A stretch of DNA of 64,000 nucleotides from an uncultured Dehalococcoidia bacterium (GCA_964371095.1 CAYJMJ010000011.1:1590-65589), one strand, 5' to 3'; shown: positions 40,727 to 49,939, counted from the stretch's first letter. Notes: generated by a model from the letters alone, not told the origin. Numbers and translations: made by a program.

Positions 40727-40900
40727 CGACTGGCTCCCGCGACAGCGCGCACAGCAGGCCTCACGCGGGGCCTGCTGTCGTTGTACGCGCCGCGCCCCCT
40801 CCCCCACCGTGGCCCCGATCACGAACCGCCCGGCCGGCGGCGACAGGCGCATCCGGCTCGCAGTAATCGACGCGCTCCTCGACGGCGCGGAGGAGGCGTG

Positions 40901-41107
40901 ATGGACCGCACCGAGGATCAGGAGGATTGGGAAGACGCCGACTGCGAGACCGACGAGGAGGGCGACCGTGTGGCGACGGACGCCGCCTGGTACCGCGTCC
41001 GCGACCAAAAGGTCGATGAACTGCGCCCGCTGGTCGCTGCGGGAACGCTCACGGGCAAGGTGAAGGGGAAGCGTCTCCAGATCGAATGCGGGTCGTTTTA
41101 CGACTGA
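40901..41107 (+). CDS. Small acidic hypothetical protein (68 aa)
   Basis: GGAGGAGG SD before ATG 40901. MDRTEDQEDWEDADCETDEEGDR... Confidence 0.45.
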   Translation: MDRTEDQEDWEDADCETDEEGDRVATDAAWYRVRDQKVDELRPLVAAGTLTGKVKGKRLQIECGSFYD

Positions 41108-41119
41108 CTCGGGAAGCCG

Positions 41120-41605
41120 GTGCCCGTGGTGCCGGACCTGGGCATCGAGTTCGACGTGCGGCCGGACGACCGAGCACGCGAGGTGCGCCGCGAGCGCGAC
41201 GACCACGAGTTCATCCGCAGCCTGCTCGACCGCGGCGCCTGCGACCTTGAGCTGCCGCTCGACATGGAGTCGCCGCTGGCGATGGAGCCACGCCCGAAGG
41301 GCTTCGGGCTGGAGCTGGCCCGCGTCCTCGCCCTGAGAATCCGCAGAGGCGTGCAGGAGAACTGGCGGGAGCTGCGGGCGATCGAGGAGCAGCTCGATTC
41401 CATGAGCGAGGACTTCGACGGCGAGGACGTGCAGCATCCGCGCGCCCGCGTGCCGTTCGACGAGGCCAAGGCGATGCTGGTCGAACTGCACGAGAAGAGC
41501 CGGAAGTACACCGGGCCGTTCGATCTGCCCGAGCCCGACGACGATCTGCGCGCCACCGTGCAGCACATCGTCGACAACGAGGTCAGGCACGTTCCGACGC
41601 GGTAG
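41120..41605 (+). CDS. Hypothetical protein (mobile-element cargo)
   Basis: 161 aa, high GC3, no recognised domain. Confidence 0.55.
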   Translation: MPVVPDLGIEFDVRPDDRAREVRRERDDHEFIRSLLDRGACDLELPLDMESPLAMEPRPKGFGLELARVLALRIRRGVQENWRELRAIEEQLDSMSEDFDGEDVQHPRARVPFDEAKAMLVELHEKSRKYTGPFDLPEPDDDLRATVQHIVDNEVRHVPTR

Positions 41606-41638
41606 CGGCTTGGCCAGGCGACGCGATGGCATCCTCGT

Positions 41639-41983
41639 TTGGAGATCGCGGGCGTCCCGGCGATGATGGCGGGCATGGTCATCGTACTGTTGCCGGGGAT
41701 GTACGTCCGGTTCGAGAGCGTCCGCACGCGGGAGACGCTGCTGGAGGCGCGACCCATCGCAGAGGAGGCCCTCATCGTCTGGGGCACCGCACGGCGAGAT
41801 CGCTACGACGTCGGACTCCGCGAGGGAAGCGTCCGGATCACGGGCACGCTCTGGGACCGCATCGCGCCCGCAGTCTCGTTCGGCCACGATGCGGTGCGGT
41901 TCCACACGCGGGTCAGCATCGACTCCGCCGCTCTTCCTGAGGGCTACGACGGCTCGTGGCAGCGGGACGAGTCGGCCGGCTGA
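41639..41983 (+). CDS. Hypothetical protein
   Basis: 114 aa, high GC3. TTG/ATG start ambiguous. Confidence 0.5.
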   Translation: MEIAGVPAMMAGMVIVLLPGMYVRFESVRTRETLLEARPIAEEALIVWGTARRDRYDVGLREGSVRITGTLWDRIAPAVSFGHDAVRFHTRVSIDSAALPEGYDGSWQRDESAG

Positions 41984-42435
41984 GCGCCCGGCCGCGCGCC
42001 GCGCCATCAACGCACACGATGGCCAGATGGTGCGCGCCTCGCTCGGCAACCGGTCAATCGTCAAGCCGCTCGGCCTCAGCAGGCGATCAGCAGTGGTACC
42101 CGAGCTTGAACTGCGAGAACGCGACTGAGCCTCTGCCGCGCCGATCGCGCCGTCCACGGGTCGAGTGCGGCGGTCAGAGCGGACACCGGGACGCTGTAGA
42201 AATCCCAGGAGTCGGAAGGCTCGAGCGCCGCGAACGTGCGTCCCCTTTCGTCGCTGCAAGCCGTCGCTGTCGGTGTCGGTCGTACATGCAGGCGTAGGTC
42301 AATGCCAGTCACCGGCGGCGGAATCGTCATCACTGCCGTCTCGACAAGCGGTGGTTGTCGAGTCCGTGCGGCGCATCACGAACGGGAAGAAACGCAGACC
42401 TAGCTCGGCCTTAGGGTGTCGTGGCCGCGGCGTCG

Positions 42436-43815
42436 TTATGCCGCGCGGCTGCGCCGCACCTGCTTCAGCGACAGCAGCACCTGCACCACCCGCGGGTCGA
42501 ACTGCGTGCCGCTGTGGCGCGCGATCTCCTCGCACGCCTCCGCCTCGCTGCGCGCCGACTGGTACGGCCGGTCCGACGTGATCGCGTCGAACGTATCCGC
42601 GACCGCGAAGATGCGCGCCGCCAGCGGGATCTCTTCGGCGCGCAGTCCGTCCGGGTATCCCTGCCCGTCGAAGCGCTCGTGGTGCGCCCGCACCAGCTGT
42701 GCCGCGCTGCCGAGGAAGCGCACAGCACGCAGCATTTGGTAGCCGTGCATCGAATGCGTCTTGATGATTTCCCATTCTGCCCCGTCGAGCGCGCCCGGCT
42801 TGCGCAAGATCGCGTCCGGCACGCCGATCTTGCCGACGTCGTGCAACAGCGCGCCGTGCTTCAGATCCAGCCATTCGCGCGTATGCGGCTTCATCCCCAT
42901 CGCGCGCCCCAACTCGAGCGCCAGGTCCGCCACCCGCCGCGAGTGCCCGTGCGTCTCGACGTCGCGCGCGTCGAGCGCCGAGACGAACGCCGCGAGCGTT
43001 TCGTTGTATGCTTCCGTCAGTTCGTCGGTCAGCGCCTCCACCTCGGCGTTCTTCGCCCGCAGCTCGCGCACCGTGCGCTCGGTGTGAGCCACGTACTGCT
43101 GCATCGTGAAGCGCGTCATCATCACGGGCAGCGTGAAGCCGACGATCCCGTAGCCCGACAGCGCGCGGTACGCGATCGTCAGCAGGAACGCCAGGAAGCC
43201 CAGCACGACGTAGTGCGGCGCCAGCCACGCGAACTTCTCCCACCACACCGCTCTCACGGGCGCGCCACCGCTGAACGCGATGATCGCCGCAACGAGCGCA
43301 CTGCTCGCCGCGAACTGAGCGAGCGCTGCGGCGACGATCGCCGATGCCTCGATCGGGCGCGCGCCGTATGGCGCCAGCGTCATCGTCAGCTCGTATGTGG
43401 CGCCCGCCGCCAGCGCCGCGAGCACGAATACCGCGACGTTGAAGATCAGCTTGTACAGCGGCCGCCCTCGCCCCGCGTGGCCCGCCAGCGCGATGGCCGG
43501 ACAAACAACGAGCGCCGCCGCCGGCCCGAACAACACCACCGCCGTCAGCGTAAACAGCGCGCTGACGGAGATCCGCCCCTCGCCGTATACGTTGATGTCG
43601 AACCGCTCCGCGGTCATGCCGAGCGCTGCGATCAGCAGGATGCCGGCCCATTCCCGGCCGATGACCGGCACGTCCGTGAACGGCGTCGCGATCACCGCCG
43701 CGAAGGCGGCGGCGGCGATGAGCAGGCGCGCGCGCACGGGCAGCGACGCCGGCGCCGAGCTGCCGGCTGGCGCCGATTCCGACCCGAGGTCGCGCGGAAT
43801 TGCGGGGATGCTCAA
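42436..43815 (-). CDS. Membrane-anchored HD-GYP domain c-di-GMP phosphodiesterase with an N-terminal multi-TM sensor domain
   Basis: HD motif LLHDVGKIGVPD, GYP motif RFDGQGYPDGL. ~7 TM N-terminus. TTG start. Confidence 0.85.
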   Translation of the reverse strand: MSIPAIPRDLGSESAPAGSSAPASLPVRARLLIAAAAFAAVIATPFTDVPVIGREWAGILLIAALGMTAERFDINVYGEGRISVSALFTLTAVVLFGPAAALVVCPAIALAGHAGRGRPLYKLIFNVAVFVLAALAAGATYELTMTLAPYGARPIEASAIVAAALAQFAASSALVAAIIAFSGGAPVRAVWWEKFAWLAPHYVVLGFLAFLLTIAYRALSGYGIVGFTLPVMMTRFTMQQYVAHTERTVRELRAKNAEVEALTDELTEAYNETLAAFVSALDARDVETHGHSRRVADLALELGRAMGMKPHTREWLDLKHGALLHDVGKIGVPDAILRKPGALDGAEWEIIKTHSMHGYQMLRAVRFLGSAAQLVRAHHERFDGQGYPDGLRAEEIPLAARIFAVADTFDAITSDRPYQSARSEAEACEEIARHSGTQFDPRVVQVLLSLKQVRRSRAA

Positions 43816-43966
43816 AGGCTCGCCCTTCTACTGCAGAAGTTGTCGTCGCTTCGCCCCGAGAAGAACAGGCAATTTCGCCGGATTCGTGCGCGGCTTCCCT
43901 TCAGACCCAGCCCGAGCGGCCGATTGATGGGTTGGAACCCCCTTAAGGGTTCCCGGACAACCGAAT

Positions 43967-44079
43967 ACACACCTCCGAAAAAGGCAAACCCGTCCGAAAG
44001 GCGGGGGCGCAAAGCCACGGGTCTACCCCCGCCGCGGGCGGGCACGACAGCCGGGCTGCCGGTTTCTTTGTTTCGGAGC
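43967..44079 (+). promoter_or_regulatory. c-di-GMP-I (GEMM) riboswitch aptamer in the 5' leader of the S8 protease gene. A terminator-like hairpin (~44083-44120) follows, before the SD GGAGGTGG
   Basis: Matches GEMM hallmarks: P1 CUCCGAAA...UUUCGGAG, GGCAAACC, GAAA tetraloop hairpin CCGUCCGAAAGGCGGG, GCGCAAAGCC, CGGG, CAGCCGGG, UGCCG. Confidence 0.65.
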
Positions 44080-44128
44080 CAAGGCCCCCGATCTCGGGCT
44101 GAGGTCGGGGGCTTCTCTCGTTACGGAG

Positions 44129-45655
44129 GTGGTCATGTTTACACCCTGGCGTATCCGTCTCTCCACTCTGGCCGCGCTGACCATCGTCGTGGCGGTGCTC
44201 TCGGCCGGACTGACGCCGGTCCGGTCCCAGCTCCACACGCAGGACGCCGTCTGGGCGTACCGCGACGCCCATCGCGGCGAATCGGTGCCAGTCATCGTCC
44301 AGGCGGCTCCCGGCGCCGATGCTGCGCAACTCGTGCGCGCCGCCGGCGGCGACGTGCGATCGACGCTCGGCTTGATCGGCGGCGTCGCGGCGAGCGTCCC
44401 CGGCGACCAGCTCCAGAAGCTTGCGGCGTCCAGCGACGTCGCGTGGATGAGCCTCGACGGCGGCATCACGTCGCTCGGCGGCGGCAAGAACAGCCTCGTC
44501 GCGGCCGATGGCGCCGTCGCCCAGACCAGCGTCTACCCCCAGGAGATCCACGCCGACAAGGTGTGGAACGACGGCAACTACGGCCAGGGCGTCGGCGTCG
44601 TCGTCCTCGACACCGGCGTCGTCCAGAGTGACGACTTCGTCACCAGTGGCAACAACCGCCTCGCCGCGACGATCGCGCCCGCCGCGGCGACGACCGCCGA
44701 CGGCTACGGCCACGGCTCGCACGTCGCCGGCCTCATCGGCGGCGATGGCAGCAACTCCAACGGCAAGTACACCGGCGTCGCGCCGCAGGTCAACCTGATC
44801 AGCGTCCGCGCCGGCGACGACTCCGGCGTAGCGCAGCTCAGCGACGTCATCAACGGCCTGCAGTGGGTGCTCGACAACAAGGACGCGTACAACATCCGCG
44901 TCGTCAACCTGTCGCTGCGCTCCGACGTCGCGCAGAGCTACACCACCGACCCGCTCGACGCCGCGGTCGAGCTGCTGACCTTCCGCGGCATTCTCGTCGT
45001 CGTCGCCGCCGGCAATACAGGCACGGTGGCCGATGCGGTTTCCTACGCGCCGGCGAACGATCCCTTCGTCCTCACCGTGGGCGCGCTCGACGACATGGGC
45101 ACGCCCGAGTACAGGGACGACGTCGTACCGGCGTGGTCGAGCCGCGGCGTCACGCAGGACGGCTTCGCCAAGCCCGACGTCTACGTGCCGGGCCGGCGCC
45201 TGATCTCTGTCCTCAGCCCGGGCAGCGTCCTCGCGACCGAATACCCGGACAACGTCGTCGGCACGTCGTACTTCCAGCTCAGCGGCACGTCGATGGCCGC
45301 CGGCGTGGCGAGCGGTGCGGCGGCGCTCGTGTTCCAGGCGCACCCCGACTGGACGCCCTTCCAGGCGAAGTCCGCGATTCTCAAGGGCAGCGTGCCGCTG
45401 CCGGCCAACTCCGGCGTCAGGGTCGAGCAAGTCGACCGCGTCATCGGTCAGAAGTTCGATGATGACGACGGCGCCCTGCCGGTCATCAAGCCCAACTACC
45501 TGCTGCTGGAGGCCGCCGGCATCGCCGACCCGCAGAGCATCAGCTGGGGCTCGATCAGCTGGGGCAGCATCTCCTGGGGGTCCATCTCGTGGGGAAGCAT
45601 CAGCTGGGGCTCGATCAGTTGGGGCAGCATCTCCTGGGGTTCGGCAGGGAAGTAA
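44129..45655 (+). CDS. Secreted subtilisin-like serine peptidase (S8 family) with a C-terminal 7x SISWG pentapeptide repeat tail
   Basis: Signal peptide. Catalytic D (VVVLDTGV), H (GHGSHVAG), S (GTSMAAG). C-terminus QSISWGSISWG...SAGK. Confidence 0.9.
   Translation: MVMFTPWRIRLSTLAALTIVVAVLSAGLTPVRSQLHTQDAVWAYRDAHRGESVPVIVQAAPGADAAQLVRAAGGDVRSTLGLIGGVAASVPGDQLQKLAASSDVAWMSLDGGITSLGGGKNSLVAADGAVAQTSVYPQEIHADKVWNDGNYGQGVGVVVLDTGVVQSDDFVTSGNNRLAATIAPAAATTADGYGHGSHVAGLIGGDGSNSNGKYTGVAPQVNLISVRAGDDSGVAQLSDVINGLQWVLDNKDAYNIRVVNLSLRSDVAQSYTTDPLDAAVELLTFRGILVVVAAGNTGTVADAVSYAPANDPFVLTVGALDDMGTPEYRDDVVPAWSSRGVTQDGFAKPDVYVPGRRLISVLSPGSVLATEYPDNVVGTSYFQLSGTSMAAGVASGAAALVFQAHPDWTPFQAKSAILKGSVPLPANSGVRVEQVDRVIGQKFDDDDGALPVIKPNYLLLEAAGIADPQSISWGSISWGSISWGSISWGSISWGSISWGSISWGSAGK
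45536..45640 (+). repeat. Coding tandem repeat: 7 x 15 nt (SISWG), with a 60-nt super-period (units 1-3 ~ units 5-7)
   Basis: agcatcagctggggc tcgatcagctggggc agcatctcctggggg tccatctcgtgggga agcatcagctggggc tcgatcagttggggc agcatctcctggggt. Confidence 0.9.
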
Positions 45656-45665
45656 GGCAACGGTG

Positions 45666-46493
45666 ATGATCAGCAAGAACGCAACCCTGCGCTCTACGAT
45701 CTTCAGCCTCCCGGCCGGCCGCGCGCTGCGAGCGTACGTGGCCGTGGTCACGGCCGCCGGCGCTACGGCAGCTGCCTTCGCTGCGACGGTCGGCCACGGC
45801 TCCGGAGACGTTGGCCTCATCGCCGGGCTCGTCGTTGCGGGCGCCGTCTCGGAGCGCTGGAAGGTTGGCCTCTTCGGCGATGCGCACGTCTCGCTCAGCG
45901 CAGCGGTGCTGATGGCGGCCGGGCTCGCAGGCGGACCGCGCGACGTAGCGATCGTCGCGCCGCTGCTCGCGGTGGCCGTTAACCTCGGCAGCGTCGTACC
46001 GCTCTACAAGACCGTCTTCAACGCCGCGACGTACCTTCTCGCTTCGCTCGCATTCCTCGTCACGGTGAACTTCTTCGTGCCGCAGCCCGATGCGGGCGAC
46101 TGGCTGCACGTTGTCGCTCCCGCCACCGCCGGCGTGGGCGTCTACTTCGCCGTCAACGCCGCTCTCGTCGCCGTGGCCGTCGTCCTCGCCAGCGGCGAGA
46201 GCATGCTCGACGTCGTGCGCGGCCGCTTCCTGTGGCTGCTGCCCAACTACCTCCCTGTCGGCGCCATCGCCGCCGCGTTCCTGCTCGGCTACGACTCGAT
46301 CGGCGCCTGGGCGATCCTCGTGTTCGCGGGTCCCGCGGCGGGCGTCCAGATCGCGCTCGTCCTCTTCGCCGCCGTCAAGCGGTCCGGCGAGGAGCAGTTG
46401 CGCGAGATGGAGGAGCGCATGCAGGCAGTTGAGCGCGAACTCGCGTTGGCGCGCCGCCTCGATGGCAACGGTGGCATCCCGAACGTCGCCTGA
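45666..46493 (+). CDS. Multi-TM membrane protein paralogous to the N-terminal sensor domain of the divergent HD-GYP protein (no output domain; C-terminal coiled-coil-like tail)
   Basis: Shared blocks: SERWKVGLFGDAHVSLSAAVL vs AERFDINVYGEGRISVSALF; VPLYKTVFNAATYLLASLAF vs RPLYKLIFNVAVFVLAALAA. Confidence 0.7.
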   Translation: MISKNATLRSTIFSLPAGRALRAYVAVVTAAGATAAAFAATVGHGSGDVGLIAGLVVAGAVSERWKVGLFGDAHVSLSAAVLMAAGLAGGPRDVAIVAPLLAVAVNLGSVVPLYKTVFNAATYLLASLAFLVTVNFFVPQPDAGDWLHVVAPATAGVGVYFAVNAALVAVAVVLASGESMLDVVRGRFLWLLPNYLPVGAIAAAFLLGYDSIGAWAILVFAGPAAGVQIALVLFAAVKRSGEEQLREMEERMQAVERELALARRLDGNGGIPNVA

Positions 46494-46744
46494 TCGGCTC
46501 TAATTGTGGGAGCCTAGCTGTAGTTCCCACAGACGTTATTGACAGTCCGCGAGAACTCGACGAGCAGCTGCTTCGGCCGCTCGTTCGTCTGCTTGAGCTG
46601 GGCGACTTCGACCTGCGTCCCGTGCCGGGTCGGCCTGCAGCCGCGTCACCCACCAAGTGGTCATGGTGATGGCCGCACGCCGGATGTCGGGGGCGGCGGT
46701 CGCCGACTTGTGAATCGATGCCACGTCATAGTCGCATGTGCGGG

Positions 46745-47074
46745 TTAGCGACCGTTAGCCCGGGCACGTCGGGTCACCATCCAGGTCACCAGAACGACGA
46801 GTGCTGACACGAGGGTGCCGAGCAACAGCACCTCGTCGAATGACAGGCCATCGAGGTTGGGCTGTAAGTCCTCCTCCGTTGCCCAGCCGAACCAAACCTC
46901 GCTGACGAGCAGGCCGCTCACCAGGTAGGCCACCGTCGCTATGATCCACAGCCAGTGGGTCGTTGCTCTCCACATAACCAGCTGGGCGACGACCCCGAAT
47001 CCGATCGACATTGCCAGAAGGAGCACGAGGCCCCGAAGTCCCAGATCCCACTCCATGATGCCAGCTCCTTTCAA
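46745..47074 (-). CDS. Small membrane protein (3 predicted TM), hypothetical
   Basis: 109-aa ORF. Probably starts at MEWDLGL (ATG ~47056). Confidence 0.45.
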   Translation of the reverse strand: MKGAGIMEWDLGLRGLVLLLAMSIGFGVVAQLVMWRATTHWLWIIATVAYLVSGLLVSEVWFGWATEEDLQPNLDGLSFDEVLLLGTLVSALVVLVTWMVTRRARANGR

Positions 47075-47192
47075 GGACAGTCACCTGTAGTCCTCGTAGC
47101 GCAGAGCCGCAATGATGTCCATAACTCACAACGTCAATAACACCAGCCAACACAGGTCAGATAATCCGGAGGAGACTTTGCGTCCTCGAGTT

Positions 47193-47415
47193 GGTCCTGA
47201 CCCCGAATCCTGATCCAGCCCGAGTGCAACTTTTCTGGTAGGCTCGGCGCCGACAAGGAGGCGCACGAATGACCAGGAAGGGGTTTACGGAGGAGCAGAT
47301 CGGCTTCGCTCTGCGGCAGGACTCGGCCTCTCGATGGTGGTTGCTGCGGCGACGTACAACGAAGACCGTCGAGACTTGCTGCGGGACAGCCCGAATTCAT
47401 ACCTCCTCACGATGA
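47193..47415 (+). mobile_element. Degraded mobile-element fragment: ~70-nt segment homologous to 62925-62993 followed by a 48-codon ORF remnant (MTRKGFTEEQIGFALRQ...). Sits in a low-GC patch (47080-47470)
   Basis: ~81% identity over 62 nt to the 5' part of the integrase pseudogene at 62.9 kb, and similarity continues into ATGACC. Confidence 0.4.
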
Positions 47416-47661
47416 AGAGCGACCTAGGTTAGCACCGACACGAGCGCGCCTAGACACTGGTGAGGCAAGAGCCTTCGCCTTTCTAAACTCGCCGCGCCAT
47501 CAGAGATAGGAATTGGTTCGCACGTCTGCACAGTCGGATGGAAGACCAAGGCTGTCCCGGACCCAGAGTCAGGGGGCTTCACACACTATTCTGCGATGGT
47601 GTGCGCTACGCTCATGGGTCGTCTGGCCGGGAAGGCGCCGCGCCTTGTAGGAGGAGGTTGC

Positions 47662-47982
47662 ATGTCTCACGTCACCATCGAGGATGTCGCCAAGACTGTC
47701 ACCGTCCAGGCCGGCGCCGTAGTGTCGAAGGTCATCCACCGCGACGCCGAGGTCGACGTCACCGTCTTCGCCTTCGATGCCGGCGAGGGGCTCACCCAAC
47801 ACACAGCCTCTCGCCCAGCGATCGTCCAGGTGCTCACCGGGCGGTTGCAGTTTACGGCCGACGGTGAGGACGTGAATGCAGTGCCGGGCACCTGGATCTA
47901 CATGAGCCCGGGCGCCCAACATGCCATCGTGGCCGTCGAGCCCACTGTGATGCTGCTCACGCTTCTGCGGCCGGAGCGTTAG
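47662..47982 (+). CDS. Cupin-domain protein
   Basis: 106 aa. GGAGGAGG SD before ATG 47662. Cupin-like beta-barrel motif region GTWIYMSPGAQHAIVAVEPTVM. Confidence 0.7.
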   Translation: MSHVTIEDVAKTVTVQAGAVVSKVIHRDAEVDVTVFAFDAGEGLTQHTASRPAIVQVLTGRLQFTADGEDVNAVPGTWIYMSPGAQHAIVAVEPTVMLLTLLRPER

Positions 47983-48118
47983 GCGGCGGACTTGGCGACG
48001 CCCCCGTGACGCCGGAGTGTCCTAGACGCGCGCCCGGAGGCATCGCACAATTGTGCCATCGTGTTCGCGTACGCCCTCATGCCGTCGACCCCAACCCCAG
48101 CACCGAGACAACTGCCGC

Positions 48119-49939
48119 TTACCAACTGCCGCCACCTCCGCCGCCACCGCCGCCACCGGAAGAGCCGCCGCTGAAGCCGCTGCCCCCGCTGCTCCCCGGC
48201 GTGCTTGCAATTACGCTCGACACCGACGACGAGAACGTCTCGAGGCTGCGCGAAAACTCGCCGGCGGAGAACATCACGCCCGGGGTCGTACCGCCGTACC
48301 ACCCCTGCAGCGCCGCTGTTGTGTCGATGTCGCGGAAGACGCGCGCCCACTTTTCGACGCAGCCGAAGATGATCGCGAACGGCAGGTACTCGGCGAAGAT
48401 GTTCGCCTGCTCTGCGAAGTTCGCCCTGTCCTTTTCCGCCGTGTCGATGAACAGCCGGAAGCCCAGCACGCGGCGCAGCGCCTCGCTCCCCTTGGCGGTG
48501 CGCCGCGGCATCAGATGCGCCGTCGCCGCCAGCAGCAGCCCGACGACCGCGACTGGGGCACCGATCATTGCCCCGCCGAACCAGCGTCCCAGCAGGTAGC
48601 CGAACCCGACGCCGGCCGCGACTATGATGAGCCCGGCGACGCGCCAGATCGTCCGGGTCGAGTCCGGGCTCGCGCCGAACCAGCCGTTCACCACGGCATC
48701 GTCATACAGTTCCCGCTCCGCCGTCTGCAACGAATCCGCATACTTCGTCTTGAGCGCCGACAGGTCGACCTCATTCCCAGTCTCGAACAACCCGTCGAGG
48801 ATCGTTCGCTCGAACGTCTTCAGGGTTGCGGCGTCCTTCATCTTCGTCAGGTGCCAGTCCTTCTTGCCGAAGATCCACGTCTTGTCCTTCTCGTCGATCT
48901 TGAGATGGCGGCGCACGGCCAGATCGATGATCGTTGCTGTCACGTCCTTCGTGTCGGCGCGCTCATCGAGCAACACGCCCATCTGGGCCGGACGCAGTCC
49001 GTCGGGCGGTGTGTATTCGACGACCACTGGATCGCGATGAAACAGTGGCCGTGTCCGCTGCTCGGGATTCTGCGTCAGGTAATAGATGCTGGTATACGTG
49101 CGGTCCCGTCCGGTGCGCCACCAGCCGTACAACAACGCAGCGAGCCCGATCACCAGCAGCACGCCCGCCACGATGAGGATCGCCGGCTCGAACGAGAAGT
49201 ACCGCTCGAACGCGTTCTTCGGCTTGTCGATGAGCCGTATCTGCGGCGGCGCGACGGTGCCTTTGGGGATCGCGACCGTCACCGTCAGCTGCTCGCCGCT
49301 CCGAAACGCGCGCGTCGCGCTGAACAGTGCGCCTTCGCCGGTATCGGAAACGAGGCTCCGGCACGCCTCCGTAGATCCGGTGGGACCTTCGAAGCAGGCG
49401 ATGCGCGGATACACGTCGCCGGGTATAAGAACGGTGGCCGATGCGCGGGTCGTTGGCGCGGGCCAGTCTGCCCCGTTGACGTTCCAGTACAGCTCGTCGT
49501 GATCTGTGAACGCGTTGAGCGCGTCGGTGATCCGGTACGTGATCCGGTACGACTGCTTGCCGCTGATCGTGCGATTGGCGTCGCCTATCTTGAGGCGCAC
49601 GTTCGCGCCGTTGCGGCTCTGCTCATAGTTCCACGGCCTGCCCGCGGCGTCGGTCACGGATAGCGCCTGGAATCCGTAGATACGGTTACTCTTCGCGTCG
49701 TAGTCGTACTCGATCGGGATTTCGCGGAAGATACCGTGCTTATCGAGGGAGCCGAAGTCGACGTCAATCGCTTCCACGATCAGCAGACTGCCGTCCGTCT
49801 GGACGTCGATGTTCGCCGCGAACCTGTCGATCGTCCAGCCTTCGTCCGCGGCCGCGTGGCGCGCCGAGATACCGGCGGAGACCGCCGCCGCAGCCGCGAT
49901 CAGCGCGAAGATGGCCACGGCGACAAGATGCTTCACCAC
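48119..49939 (-). CDS. DUF2207-family membrane protein with a Gly-rich C-terminal tail
   Basis: ~606 aa. N-terminal signal/TM, a central TM, further C-terminal TM helices. Ends ...SGGSGFSGGSSGGGGGGGGGGSW, typical of DUF2207. Confidence 0.75.
   Translation of the reverse strand: MVKHLVAVAIFALIAAAAAVSAGISARHAAADEGWTIDRFAANIDVQTDGSLLIVEAIDVDFGSLDKHGIFREIPIEYDYDAKSNRIYGFQALSVTDAAGRPWNYEQSRNGANVRLKIGDANRTISGKQSYRITYRITDALNAFTDHDELYWNVNGADWPAPTTRASATVLIPGDVYPRIACFEGPTGSTEACRSLVSDTGEGALFSATRAFRSGEQLTVTVAIPKGTVAPPQIRLIDKPKNAFERYFSFEPAILIVAGVLLVIGLAALLYGWWRTGRDRTYTSIYYLTQNPEQRTRPLFHRDPVVVEYTPPDGLRPAQMGVLLDERADTKDVTATIIDLAVRRHLKIDEKDKTWIFGKKDWHLTKMKDAATLKTFERTILDGLFETGNEVDLSALKTKYADSLQTAERELYDDAVVNGWFGASPDSTRTIWRVAGLIIVAAGVGFGYLLGRWFGGAMIGAPVAVVGLLLAATAHLMPRRTAKGSEALRRVLGFRLFIDTAEKDRANFAEQANIFAEYLPFAIIFGCVEKWARVFRDIDTTAALQGWYGGTTPGVMFSAGEFSRSLETFSSSVSSVIASTPGSSGGSGFSGGSSGGGGGGGGGGSW

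Noticed and set aside
45536-45640. CRISPR-like short tandem repeats
   Set aside because: Units are 15 nt, contiguous with no spacers, in-frame and coding (SISWG) inside the protease ORF. Not a CRISPR array.
42299-45820. Long ORFs 42299-43651(-), 42421-44631(+), 43943-45820(-)
   Set aside because: Antisense or out-of-frame overlaps of the HD-GYP and S8 protease genes. The 42421-44631 frame would also run through the riboswitch leader.
46510-46545. Hairpin TGTGGGA-N13-TCCCACA after the sensor-paralog gene as an island boundary att site
   Set aside because: It is most simply a terminator-like stem for the protease operon. There is no matching repeat at the other island end.
47269-47415. IS3-family transposase OrfA N-terminus (MTRKGFTEEQIGFALRQ)
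   Set aside because: The resemblance is limited to about 15 residues. The flanking DNA is homologous to the integrase pseudogene at 62.9 kb instead, so I treat it as an integrase-derived fragment. IS-end interpretation is not fully excluded.
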